64,000 nt of DNA from an uncultured Bacteriovoracaceae bacterium (GCA_964513375.1 CAZEMO010000003.1:92730-156729); one strand, 5' to 3'. Positions 9,116 through 18,337 are shown, counted from the first letter of the stretch. A program made the numbers and translations. Notes: generated by a model not told the origin, from the sequence alone.

Positions 9116-10213
9116 TCAAACCTTAATGGGATATGTCCCGTATTTATGCGCCGCCCTCACCATAGCCAGATAATTTTCCGGTTTGCATCCCGGATGTATG
9201 GAGTTGGATGAGCTAATGATGTAGCCTCCGCCGGGTGCAGCTTTGGCTATTGTTTCCTTGACGGTCTGCTCCACTTCTTCCTCTGTTCCGAATGGCAGGA
9301 GATATGTGCAATCGATATTCCCCAGAAGACAAAGGCGGTCTTTATATCCGGCCTTAACCTCTCCTATGTCCATGCACTGGGGCTGATTGGGGTGGAAACC
9401 GTCAAAACCAGCCTCTGCTATATCGTCAAGAATGGGCCCCATATTCCCGTCCGAATGCTTGATGATTTTTAGCCCCCGTTCATGGGCGCGAGCCACTATC
9501 TCCTTATGGAACGGAAAGATGAATTGCCTGTATTGAGCGGGAGACATAAGCGTGGTCTGGTTGAATGCAAGATCGCCATCCAGTGCGAAAACGTTCGCCC
9601 CGAGCGCCGCGGCTTTATCGACCACCTCAAGTATGTAGTCAGTTACGATTCGTCCGAGATCCAGAACGAAAGAAGGCTTTTTTATGTAGTAGAACAAAAG
9701 CTTTTCCATACTGCCCAGAAGCGACCAGCTTTCCCTGAAAGGTCCAGGCTGTACAAACACCTGTGCAGTATCGCCGCCCATGCCGCCGGTTGACGCCATA
9801 AGCATGAGAAAATCCATGTCCTGGGGATGATATATCTTGAGATTTTTGAGGTCATCAGGTCCGGATATTGGCCCCCCCACGGAGGTCGCCTCACCTTCTC
9901 CGGCTACATACAGAACACGGCCCCAGCCATCCCTGTAGTGCGTCTCGTCTATTTTCTCCGTAACAGGCAGCGTGATCGAAGTAAGACCATCCAGCTCCAG
10001 AGCCTTGGCAAACGTAAACAGTGTATTGAGAAGCTTGATTTTTTCCTCCATGGTCATCTGGCTTGCGAATTTCATAGGCGGCAGGTCATCAGTGAAGAAT
10101 CTCCCGATCTTGATAATCGATTCTTCATTAAAAGCCATCTCCCAAACCGGAACCCGGTCAGGTTCTCTGCGGTCCAAAGCCGTCAGCATTCTTTCTTTTC
10201 CTGTCATATACAT
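9116..10213 (-). CDS. Uroporphyrinogen decarboxylase (URO-D) family methyltransferase (MtaA/CmuA-like, corrinoid-dependent)
   Basis: 'MLTALDRREPDRVPVWEMAFNEE' and overall URO-D-like TIM-barrel signature. The start was set at an ATG preceded by GAGGG. Confidence 0.8.
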   Translation of the reverse strand: MYMTGKERMLTALDRREPDRVPVWEMAFNEESIIKIGRFFTDDLPPMKFASQMTMEEKIKLLNTLFTFAKALELDGLTSITLPVTEKIDETHYRDGWGRVLYVAGEGEATSVGGPISGPDDLKNLKIYHPQDMDFLMLMASTGGMGGDTAQVFVQPGPFRESWSLLGSMEKLLFYYIKKPSFVLDLGRIVTDYILEVVDKAAALGANVFALDGDLAFNQTTLMSPAQYRQFIFPFHKEIVARAHERGLKIIKHSDGNMGPILDDIAEAGFDGFHPNQPQCMDIGEVKAGYKDRLCLLGNIDCTYLLPFGTEEEVEQTVKETIAKAAPGGGYIISSSNSIHPGCKPENYLAMVRAAHKYGTYPIKV

Positions 10214-10328
10214 ACCCTCTCTTGCTAATTGGATTTTGTATAACAATTTTAAATCCCTGCATTACTTGATGGCTTTTGTCAAATGTTTCAGCAGTTTTTT
10301 ACTTCTCATCTACTATTTTTTTAAATGA

Positions 10329-10356
10329 TTGACTTATTTGAGTATTCAGCTAAAAT
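10329..10356 (+). promoter_or_regulatory. Sigma-70-like promoter (TTGACT, 16-nt spacer, TAAAAT) upstream of the PKD/FGE lipoprotein gene
   Basis: Read directly from the sequence. It lies about 50 nt upstream of a GAGGGGG RBS and the ATG at 10406. Confidence 0.35.
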
Positions 10357-10405
10357 TGTAGAGTTATTTTATCGTTTCTTATAACAAAAATATGAGGGGG
10401 ACATC

Positions 10406-12250
10406 ATGAAGAAATCTTATTATTTAATACCTTTTATCAGTTTAGCTTTGATTCTGAGCGGATGCATACTTTCCAAGTCGCCTTCCACTGATTCAGTTTC
10501 CATGAATCTCGGCGATCACCAAGTATTCAGCGTGAAAATCTTTCCGTCTAAAGCAGTATATACCTGGACTCTGGATGGAGCGGCTTTGCCTAACACAGGG
10601 AATTCTTTTATTTACACAGCACAAGCCGGGCAACACTTTCTTACTGTCCGGGCAAAGCACAGTTTAGGCACTGATACCCAGTCCTGGGATATCACTACCT
10701 TTAACACTGCGCCGGTTGCCAGTGCGGGCCCTGATCAAACAGTATCAGTTAATACCAATGTAACCTTAAATGGCTCCGGCTCTTTTGACCAGGATAACAA
10801 CATTGTTTCTTATCAGTGGCAGCAGATAGACGGTCCTTCAGTAGAGCTGAACAATGCATATACTGCCATTGCAAATTTTACAGCATCTGTTGCAATAGGG
10901 TCCACTTTGACCTTCAGGCTGATCATTATAGATGCCGATGGACTTCAGTCAACCGATACATGTTCCGTTACAGTTGAGCAGCTAAACCATAATCCAATCG
11001 CCAATGCCGGCCCTGATCAATCAGTTATTGCAAATGCAACTGTAGTTTTGAATGGCTCCGGCTCTTTTGATCCTGATAATAATATTGTTTCTTATCAGTG
11101 GCAGCAGATATACGGACCTTCCGTTACCCTTAACGATGCAGACACTGCCATTGCAAGCTTTACAGCATCTGTCGAATCTGATTCTACACTGTTGTTTATG
11201 CTGACAGTTACAGATGCTGACGGACTACAGTCAACTGATACATGCTCTGTCACAGTTCCGCAGCCAAACCAGAGCCCTGTCGCTAATGCCGGTCCTGATC
11301 AGAGTGTTTCTGTAAATTCGACCGTTACTCTCTATGGCGCAGGTTCAACCGACCCGAATAATGACATTGTTTCTTATCACTGGCAGCAGAAAAGCGGGAC
11401 TTATCCATATGTAACTCTGACTAATGCGGAAACGGCCATTGCACAGTTCACAGCTACGGTTCCAATAGGAAGAGTACTGACATTTGAGCTTACTGTGACT
11501 GATGCGACAGGACTTCAATCGACAGATTCCTGTGATGTGTCAGTCTCTGTGATCAGTTCTCCTATCACCGACTTGCTTAATTCCATGATCTATCTTCCTG
11601 CCGGTACTTTCATGATGGGCAGAGAGGGCGAATATGCAGCCACCCCTGTCCATCAGGTGAACGTGCAGGGATTCGGAATCGGTGCATACGAGGTAACCCA
11701 GGCACAGTATAAGGCGGTAATGGGTGAGAATCCCTCATATTACCAGGGGCCGAGTTACCCTAACAGCGAAAACAGGCCGGTTGAACTGGTAAGCTGGGAT
11801 AATGCACGCGAATTCTGCGCCGCCCTGTCTGCCGTCACGGGACGAAACTTCACATTGCCGAGTGAAGCCCAGTGGGAATATGCCTGCAGGGCCGGGTCTG
11901 ATACCCTTTTCAGCTTCGGAGATGATGATTCACTGCTTGGCAATTATGCCTGGTACATTTTGAATTCAGGCAATCAGACGCATTACGTCGGCACAAAACT
12001 TCCAAACGCGTGGGGGCTCTACGACATGCACGGCAACGTCTCTGAATGGTGTCTGGATTCATGGCATGAAGATTATACCGGGGCTCCGTCTGACGGCAGC
12101 GCCTGGGAGCCTGATGCCGGTATCGATAGGGTTCTTCGTGATAACTCCTTTGCTTTCTCCGCGAGTGATTTGCATTTGGCGCGTCGTACTTACTCACATC
12201 AGTACACCGGTACCAATAGTTGGGGGTTCCGCATAGTCGAAATCCCTTAA
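10406..12250 (+). CDS. Lipoprotein with an N-terminal paralog-shared module, three PKD domains and a C-terminal FGE-sulfatase (DUF323 / SUMF1-like) domain
   Basis: Lipobox 'LILSGC'. Three repeats of 91 aa carry 'AGPDQxV...LNGSGSFDxDNNIVSYQWQQ'. The C-terminal domain carries 'LPAGTFMMG', 'RPVELVSWDNAREFC', 'LPSEAQWEYACRAG' and 'WGLYDMHGNVSEWC'. The FGE catalytic Cys pair is absent. Confidence 0.85.
   Translation: MKKSYYLIPFISLALILSGCILSKSPSTDSVSMNLGDHQVFSVKIFPSKAVYTWTLDGAALPNTGNSFIYTAQAGQHFLTVRAKHSLGTDTQSWDITTFNTAPVASAGPDQTVSVNTNVTLNGSGSFDQDNNIVSYQWQQIDGPSVELNNAYTAIANFTASVAIGSTLTFRLIIIDADGLQSTDTCSVTVEQLNHNPIANAGPDQSVIANATVVLNGSGSFDPDNNIVSYQWQQIYGPSVTLNDADTAIASFTASVESDSTLLFMLTVTDADGLQSTDTCSVTVPQPNQSPVANAGPDQSVSVNSTVTLYGAGSTDPNNDIVSYHWQQKSGTYPYVTLTNAETAIAQFTATVPIGRVLTFELTVTDATGLQSTDSCDVSVSVISSPITDLLNSMIYLPAGTFMMGREGEYAATPVHQVNVQGFGIGAYEVTQAQYKAVMGENPSYYQGPSYPNSENRPVELVSWDNAREFCAALSAVTGRNFTLPSEAQWEYACRAGSDTLFSFGDDDSLLGNYAWYILNSGNQTHYVGTKLPNAWGLYDMHGNVSEWCLDSWHEDYTGAPSDGSAWEPDAGIDRVLRDNSFAFSASDLHLARRTYSHQYTGTNSWGFRIVEIP
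10709..11557 (+). repeat. Three tandem in-frame repeats of about 273 nt (the PKD domains) inside the lipoprotein gene
   Basis: Near-identical stretches such as 'ggctccggctcttttga...attgtttcttatcagtggcagcagata' recur at 273-nt spacing. Confidence 0.8.
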
Positions 12251-12271
12251 GCAGCTAGTTTAAAAACTAAG

Positions 12272-12312
12272 AGGACGGCACTGAAAAGAACTTCTTTGCC
12301 GTCCTTTTTTAT
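12272..12312 (+). terminator. Rho-independent terminator
   Basis: AGGACGGCA...TGCCGTCCT stem followed by a TTTTTT run, 22 nt after the stop codon. Confidence 0.6.
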
Positions 12313-12355
12313 TGTGCGATAAGAATATGCATTAGATAATCCATCACAGGAGGCA

Positions 12356-12871
12356 ATGATGAAAAAATTATTCTTGCTGATTTCTGTGCTTGTATTTTCG
12401 GGATGTGTGAAGATTCCTCAGGGGATAGAACCTGTAAAAGGTTTTGAAGCTGACCGATATCTCGGCAAATGGTATGAAATTGCAAGGCTCGACCACAGTT
12501 TCGAGCGTGGCCTCACAAGGGTGACGGCAGAATATTCCTTGAACAGTGATGGCAGCATACGTGTGATAAACCGCGGCTATGATGAAAAGTCCGGAAAATG
12601 GAAAGAAGCCGTCGGCAAAGCCTTCTTTGTCAAAGACAATAAAACAGGGTTCTTAAAGGTTTCCTTCTTCGGGCCCTTTTACGGTTCTTATGTGATATTC
12701 GGTCTCGACAAGGATCATTATCAGTATTCTTTTGTCAGCGGGCCTGACAGGGATTACCTCTGGCTGCTTTCCCGGACGCCTGGTATCAGCAATGAAACAA
12801 AAGAGCGGTTCATCAATGAGGCATCCCGGATTGGTTTTGATACCCGAAAACTCATATATGTCGAGCAGTAG
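12356..12871 (+). CDS. blc: Bacterial lipocalin Blc (outer-membrane lipoprotein)
   Basis: Lipobox 'VFSGC' and the lipocalin signature 'GKWYEIARLDHSFERG'. Length 171 aa. Confidence 0.9.
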   Translation: MMKKLFLLISVLVFSGCVKIPQGIEPVKGFEADRYLGKWYEIARLDHSFERGLTRVTAEYSLNSDGSIRVINRGYDEKSGKWKEAVGKAFFVKDNKTGFLKVSFFGPFYGSYVIFGLDKDHYQYSFVSGPDRDYLWLLSRTPGISNETKERFINEASRIGFDTRKLIYVEQ

Positions 12872-12945
12872 ATAACCGAATCTGGACGTATATTCTTAAC
12901 TGTCAATTGTTGACAAATTGTGGAGCATGGCAGGGGAGACCCTTT

Positions 12946-13707
12946 TCAGTTCAAAATCAGATTTGTAAAACGCAGATAAGGCCTGAGGGCCGGTGTTCCT
13001 CCGCCTTCGGAAACGATCTGCAAAACCCGCAAAGGATCGGCAACTACCGCACCTCCCAGATGCGTGATCGGTGTGTTTTGGAAAGACTCCGGAACAAGCG
13101 GTGTTGATGGACCCATAAGTGCAACCAAACGTGGTTTTTCCAGTAAATTTGCCGTCTCTTCAAATGTGCCGTTGAGAAGCGTCGTGGCAGTAATGATTGC
13201 TACGTCACACTCTTTAAGCGCCTGAATTCTATTCTCCTCAGTAACCGATTCCATACGCTCGGGATTCTTCTCGATGATTGTAAGAGATGCGCCCGTGTTG
13301 CGGATACCTGGGATAAGTGGCGCGAAAAGCCCTACCATCGCTACTTTTTCACCTGGTTTCAAATTGAAATAGGTTGTCGCCTCGCGATCTTCGGCATCGT
13401 CATTGTGTGGCACTGAAAGTGCGTTAACAGCAGCGAGACCAATGGCTCGATGCAGAACACTCCTGCCTTCAATCAGGTAGTTAAGAGCGAGTGATGCTGA
13501 AGAGCCCGCATATGTTCCGGCTTCTTTTAGAACAGTGCAACTGCCAGGCGTTTTGTCTGGCAATAAGGCGGCGATCCCTGCTTTCCCGTCATCCATTTTC
13601 AGGGCTATATAAGTCAAGCCCACCCTCAAATCGGCAATCAGATGATTTTTAGCTGAAGACTCAAATCTATCATAAAGTCTTTTCAACATAGTTCCTGGTT
13701 CAAGCAT
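12946..13707 (-). CDS. DUF4213/DUF364 family protein (Rossmann-like putative chelatase-type domain)
   Basis: Recognised from overall architecture ('GLTYIALKMDDGKAGIAAL', 'VAMVGLFAPL', 'CDVAIITATTLLNGT'). This is from memory of the family, not from a search. Confidence 0.55.
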   Translation of the reverse strand: MLEPGTMLKRLYDRFESSAKNHLIADLRVGLTYIALKMDDGKAGIAALLPDKTPGSCTVLKEAGTYAGSSASLALNYLIEGRSVLHRAIGLAAVNALSVPHNDDAEDREATTYFNLKPGEKVAMVGLFAPLIPGIRNTGASLTIIEKNPERMESVTEENRIQALKECDVAIITATTLLNGTFEETANLLEKPRLVALMGPSTPLVPESFQNTPITHLGGAVVADPLRVLQIVSEGGGTPALRPYLRFTNLILN

Positions 13708-14271
13708 TAGCTTTTCCTCCTGATAAATATCATTTTTAGAATCAGCTGTCCTGGCTGGTTTATGTTCTTCTACGGCTTATGGTACTTATGCATCAATTCG
13801 ACTTTATAAACATCTCAAATAACTTATCAACACTACTTGATATTATCTGTTTATAATATCTTTTATAAATATATAGATATAATTTTTCAAAACGTCATAC
13901 CCTTATCCCTGAAGAGACAGACCGGAAATATTCTCCGACAGGCTGCCTGTTTCAGTTTCAGATTACGTACTAATACTGATCATAAAAAACGACTGACAAT
14001 AATCTCAACACCTTGAGATCAGGCCGAAGCAAATGCTGATCATGGCAGGCTGTCGCAGATAAAACTGCTAAGCCTGTTGCCCGCATTGAGTGACATTCCA
14101 TAGAAGCCCAGTTCAGTAACAGTAATCTCGCTGGTCTCGAACATGGCCGACCTGGCCTTTCTTACTGACGACGGGTTCGCAAAGAACCCTTTCTTTATTT
14201 CCACTATATTTTCCATATCAGAAAACGTTGTTGCAATATGTAACAACCCCCTTCAAATTATTCAAAGCTTT

Positions 14272-16404
14272 CTAACGCCAAGTTCTAACAACCACCGGAA
14301 GCCAGAGACATGACTGATTCTCCCGGTCATGCCATAAAAAGGCGGTTCCGGGTTTCCTTGACTGAAGGAAAAAATAATCGGAAGTCGAAACAGTAAGCCT
14401 TATCCTGTGCCCCTTTTTTATAAAGCAGGCCATGGCCCTTAAATCTGTCTGATGGAGCTGGACATTGCTTTTTACAGCCATCGCCTTTTCGGTATAGACC
14501 CTGAGCGGCGTAACGCCGTTGTTAAGAACCCTGGCATCGGCATTGATCTTTTCTGCGCCCAGGCTGTCATCCGAATTTATCGAACTTCCCGGTGGGACAT
14601 CATAGAGCTTTATGAAACAGGTTATGTCCGTAGAATTCGAAGAGAGGTACAGCTCAACGAGGGGTATGCCTGTTATTTCAGCATCATCTTTGAACGGTTC
14701 GCTTTCAAATGTGACCGATGTTTCGGTCGAATCAAACGGTTCCGGCGGTTCAGGCAGCGAGCCCTGGATTGCCTGAATTTCAGAAAGGCTTGTCTTTGCA
14801 AGCGGGATGTTCCTGAACTGGCTGCAGAGTGCTTCACTGTCATAATCAAGTGACGAGGCGTCATATTCTACCTTACCGCCTCCATTTTTTGCGCATTTCA
14901 GGTAGTTCTTTCCACCTGTCGAATGAAGCATCAGCTTCATCTCGCCGCCTTTTTCAACAAGCGGCCAGCTTCCGTAATATCTTGCCGCGTCTCCATCCGG
15001 ACCCACGATATCGTATGAAAGTTCAGGTCCGGTATCGACGTCGATGCCACTCAGATATCTGTCCATCCATTTGAGCACGATCTCTTCGTTATAGGGCGGG
15101 TTCTCGGGCAGATAGCCGTGGCCGCCCGCATACCAGTGCATCTTTGCCTCGATCCCGTTTGCCTGAATCTGCTCGAGATTGGCTATCGCCTGGTTAAGGT
15201 CGAAGACAGTGTCATCCTCGCCCTGTATGAAAAGCGCTGGTGCAAGCACATACTGCGTTCTCGTTGAGGGCGACCTCATCATCAGCTCATCCTTCATGCC
15301 GGGCTTGAATTCGTTTTCCAGCAGCAGAGTAAATATGAAGTCGGTAAGCATAGGATCGACGCCTGTCCCTTTAAGCGCCCTAGCCATACCCTGCAGATAA
15401 AAGCCGCTTGCCCATAGTATCTTGAGCGATTCGCCAGGGCACAGCGCATCAAGCAGATTGTTCCATGTCCTTTCAGGCGTGATGCAGTCTATCCTGTGGT
15501 CATATGATGCTGTCAGCACCTGAAGCGCCCCGCCATATGAGCATCCGTTCATGCCAAGAACGAAATCCCTTGTCTCATCCCCGGGTATATCGTCCTTCTC
15601 CTCTATGTCATCCTGGTTGAAATCATAATTTATGATTTTGCCGTTGTCGAAAAACCACTCCGGCCTGCTTTCCTCAATGACGAACTTCTGCTCTGCAAGC
15701 CAGTTTATAAGCCTTATGGTATCCTTGATTTCATACTGGGTCGAATCGAGTCTGACGATGCCGGTTGATTTGCCCCATCCCCGCGCCGACCAGACAAAGG
15801 TAGCGTACCCCGTATCCCTGAAGTTTTTTGCACGGCCGGCCATTTCATCAAGATCCGAATTCCATCCGTGGCCTATCATGATTACAGGGTATGGTGGCTC
15901 GCCCTTGGGGAGATAAAGCCGGCATTCGAGTTCCTCTCCATCAAAACTTTTAATGAAGAAAACTTCGCTTTCCCTCGGCGAATTGATGCCGCCGTTCTTC
16001 GGATCGCCGTCGATCGCATCCTGCAGCAGATCGCCATCAGTATCTCTTGGGTATACAGTTACAATGCACGTGTCCCCGGCTGTTTGTCCGTCAATTCCCG
16101 TGATTGTGACTTGAACGGTATATTTACCCGGGGCCTTGTAAACATGACCGGCCTGAAAACCGCTTGCACAGGTATTGTCGCCGAAATCCCATTCAACGTA
16201 CTGTGCGTCGCATGCGGGTGTAGCAAATGTGATTTTTTCAGACATATCGATTTTTCTGTCCGGGCCTGCATCTCCGACAAGATATAATTTAGGCGATTCT
16301 TCAGATGAGGCGCTGTTGTCTCCCGAGTTATTGTTTGAACAACCGGCAGTTAAAAACAGAACAATTATTGCCAGCCATATAAGATTTGAAGTTCCTCGAT
16401 GCAT
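14272..16404 (-). CDS. CocE/NonD family hydrolase (S15 X-Pro dipeptidyl-peptidase-like alpha/beta hydrolase) lipoprotein with an N-terminal PKD-like domain
   Basis: The track start is a TTG. The start was reassigned to 'MHRGTSNLIWLAIIVLFLTAGC', which has a lipobox. Motifs are 'VIMIGHGWNSD', the nucleophile elbow 'GCSYGG' and the C-terminal beta-sandwich domain typical of CocE/NonD. Confidence 0.8.
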   Translation of the reverse strand: MHRGTSNLIWLAIIVLFLTAGCSNNNSGDNSASSEESPKLYLVGDAGPDRKIDMSEKITFATPACDAQYVEWDFGDNTCASGFQAGHVYKAPGKYTVQVTITGIDGQTAGDTCIVTVYPRDTDGDLLQDAIDGDPKNGGINSPRESEVFFIKSFDGEELECRLYLPKGEPPYPVIMIGHGWNSDLDEMAGRAKNFRDTGYATFVWSARGWGKSTGIVRLDSTQYEIKDTIRLINWLAEQKFVIEESRPEWFFDNGKIINYDFNQDDIEEKDDIPGDETRDFVLGMNGCSYGGALQVLTASYDHRIDCITPERTWNNLLDALCPGESLKILWASGFYLQGMARALKGTGVDPMLTDFIFTLLLENEFKPGMKDELMMRSPSTRTQYVLAPALFIQGEDDTVFDLNQAIANLEQIQANGIEAKMHWYAGGHGYLPENPPYNEEIVLKWMDRYLSGIDVDTGPELSYDIVGPDGDAARYYGSWPLVEKGGEMKLMLHSTGGKNYLKCAKNGGGKVEYDASSLDYDSEALCSQFRNIPLAKTSLSEIQAIQGSLPEPPEPFDSTETSVTFESEPFKDDAEITGIPLVELYLSSNSTDITCFIKLYDVPPGSSINSDDSLGAEKINADARVLNNGVTPLRVYTEKAMAVKSNVQLHQTDLRAMACFIKKGHRIRLTVSTSDYFFLQSRKPGTAFLWHDRENQSCLWLPVVVRTWR

Positions 16405-16801
16405 CTTTGAATACCCCCCCCACTTAAGCAATCATAATAACAGTATCAACAGCAAATACTCATACAATAATTTAGAACTGTCAAGAAAAGACCGTCAGGA
16501 GTCTTTTCGCAGGGTAATATTTTTTAAATTATAATTTAAGTTAGCACCTCAGATGCTGTGATGGTTAGTGTCTGCTGTGTCTATCCTTGATTATCTCTGC
16601 ATGCTTTAAGATTTCAGTTTTTTCAGTCATCGTGCAAAAAGATCGTTATTTTACAATCAGCGTGTCCCTTATTGATTAGCTGATGAGTTCCTTAGATGAC
16701 TAGTAAAATCAAAGGCTTTAAGTTTTTCCTTAACAACTTATTATCTCAACAGCTATTATGTCCCGAATAGGAAGCGGAACATGTAATATAAGAAAGATTG
16801 A

Positions 16802-16841
16802 CTGCACTTCAATTGCAGTGCTACACGTAATATAAAGTGTA
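16802..16841 (+). promoter_or_regulatory. Two inverted repeats (CTGCA-N7-TGCAG and TACAC-N10-GTGTA) upstream of vapB. Likely the toxin-antitoxin operator.
   Basis: Read directly, 20-60 nt upstream of the vapB ATG. Confidence 0.3.
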
Positions 16842-16862
16842 TTTAAAAGGAGATATCATTAC

Positions 16863-17096
16863 ATGAAACAGAATATAACCATATCGATTGAAAAGGACAT
16901 GGCCACAAAGGCCCGTGTTCTGGCGGCAAAAAGAAACTCATCAATAAGCCGTTTATTAAGCACCGAACTCGCAAGGATTATCATTGAGGATGAAGCCTAT
17001 GAAAAGGCAATGAAAGATGCACTGAATCACCTTGACACAGGTTATCACCTGGGTGGCGGTAATGTAGTCTCAAGGGAAAAACTGCATGCCAGGTAG
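16863..17096 (+). CDS. vapB: VapB-type antitoxin (ribbon-helix-helix)
   Basis: 77 aa. N-terminal RHH-like 'ITISIEKDMATKARVLAAKRNSSISRLL'. It overlaps the downstream PIN gene by 11 nt. GGAGAT RBS. Confidence 0.7.
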   Translation: MKQNITISIEKDMATKARVLAAKRNSSISRLLSTELARIIIEDEAYEKAMKDALNHLDTGYHLGGGNVVSREKLHAR

Positions 17097-17508
17097 GATA
17101 TTTGTTGACACAAACATTTTAATTTATGCGCACGACAACGATGCAGGAACCAGGCATACCATTGCAAAAAATATCATAAAAGAACTCTGGTTAAATAAAA
17201 CCGGTGTGTTAAGCATGCAGGTGCTTCAGGAATTTTACGTCAAAATAACAAGAAAAATCAAAACTCCCATCAAACATCATACTGCAAGGATGATTGTTAA
17301 CGATTATATGGCGTGGCAGGTCAGGATAACTGATCCATGGCTTGTTAAAATAGCATTTAATATCGAAGACAGGTATAAACTCTCTTTCTGGGATTCTATG
17401 ATAGTGGCAGCCGCCCAATCCATGAAAGCAGATATCCTCATGACAGAAGACCTCAACAATGGACAGAATTATAATGGCGTTGCCGTTAAAAACCCTTTTC
17501 TTGAATAA
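17086..17508 (+). CDS. vapC: VapC PIN-domain toxin
   Basis: 'IFVDTNILIYAHD' contains the PIN acidic residues. 140 aa. Confidence 0.8.
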   Translation: MPGRIFVDTNILIYAHDNDAGTRHTIAKNIIKELWLNKTGVLSMQVLQEFYVKITRKIKTPIKHHTARMIVNDYMAWQVRITDPWLVKIAFNIEDRYKLSFWDSMIVAAAQSMKADILMTEDLNNGQNYNGVAVKNPFLE

Positions 17509-17575
17509 AAAAGAATTGGCTTACTGTATCATAAGTTCGATCAGCATAAGTTAGAGATTCGCAGGAGGTCAGCAA

Positions 17576-18337
17576 ATGAAAGTTAAAACCGAAAAGCTGG
17601 GTAATGTATTTGTTGTAACCATTGACCGCCTCAAAGAGCGCAACGCCATCGACCGGGAAACCGCAGAACTCCTTTATGATGCTTTCGTTGCTTTTGAAAA
17701 CGACGCTGATTTGAGGGTGGCAATCCTCTACGGAGAGCACGGCCACTTCAGCGCAGGCGCTGACCTGAAGGCCCTTTCTTCCGGTGTGTTCAACAGGCTG
17801 GAGCCCGAAGGCTCGGCCCCACTCGGCCCTACGCGTTTGAGATTGAGCAAGCCTGTTATAGCTGCTATTGCAGGCTATGCGGTTGCGGGCGGGCTGGAGC
17901 TTGCAGCCTGGTGCGATATGCGCGTCGCCGAGAAAAGCGCGGTGTTCGGCGTATTCTGCCGCAGGTGGGGCGTGCCTCTCATAGACGGCGGGACAGTGAG
18001 GCTTGCACGCATAATAGGCCAGGGACGTGCGCTTGACATGCTGCTTACGGGCAGGGCCGTGGGTGCGGATGAGGCGCTTGCATTTGGACTCGCGAACAGG
18101 GTGGTGCCTGAAGGCAAGTCGCTGGAAGCAGCCATAGAGCTTGCCGAAGAGATTGCGAAGCACCCGCAGACCTGCATGAAGAATGACAGGTTATCAATGT
18201 TTGAATCTTTCGACCTGCCCTATGAAGAGGCAATGAAGAACGAGTTCAGACGCGGGATGGATTCGATAAATTCGGGCGAGCTGTTGGACGGAGTCGAACG
18301 CTATAAAACGGGAGAGGGGAGACACGGCAAGTTCTGA
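17576..18337 (+). CDS. Enoyl-CoA hydratase/isomerase (crotonase) family protein
   Basis: 'VAILYGEHGHFSAGADLKA' and 'PVIAAIAGYAVAGGLELAAWCDMRVA'. AGGAGG RBS. Confidence 0.85.
   Translation: MKVKTEKLGNVFVVTIDRLKERNAIDRETAELLYDAFVAFENDADLRVAILYGEHGHFSAGADLKALSSGVFNRLEPEGSAPLGPTRLRLSKPVIAAIAGYAVAGGLELAAWCDMRVAEKSAVFGVFCRRWGVPLIDGGTVRLARIIGQGRALDMLLTGRAVGADEALAFGLANRVVPEGKSLEAAIELAEEIAKHPQTCMKNDRLSMFESFDLPYEEAMKNEFRRGMDSINSGELLDGVERYKTGEGRHGKF

Noticed and set aside
10247-10405. Possible cobalamin riboswitch upstream of the corrinoid/methyltransferase operon
   Set aside because: The 160-bp divergent promoter region lacks the B12-box and conserved core. It is too short and AT-rich.
10709-11557. 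Regularly spaced 273-bp repeats considered as a possible CRISPR or other non-coding array
   Set aside because: The repeats are in-frame PKD-domain coding units of a single long ORF. Unit length and lack of spacers exclude CRISPR.
17486-18163. 225-aa and 100-aa ORFs antisense to the crotonase gene
   Set aside because: They overlap a confident enoyl-CoA hydratase gene. They have Arg/Ala-rich composition and no start context.
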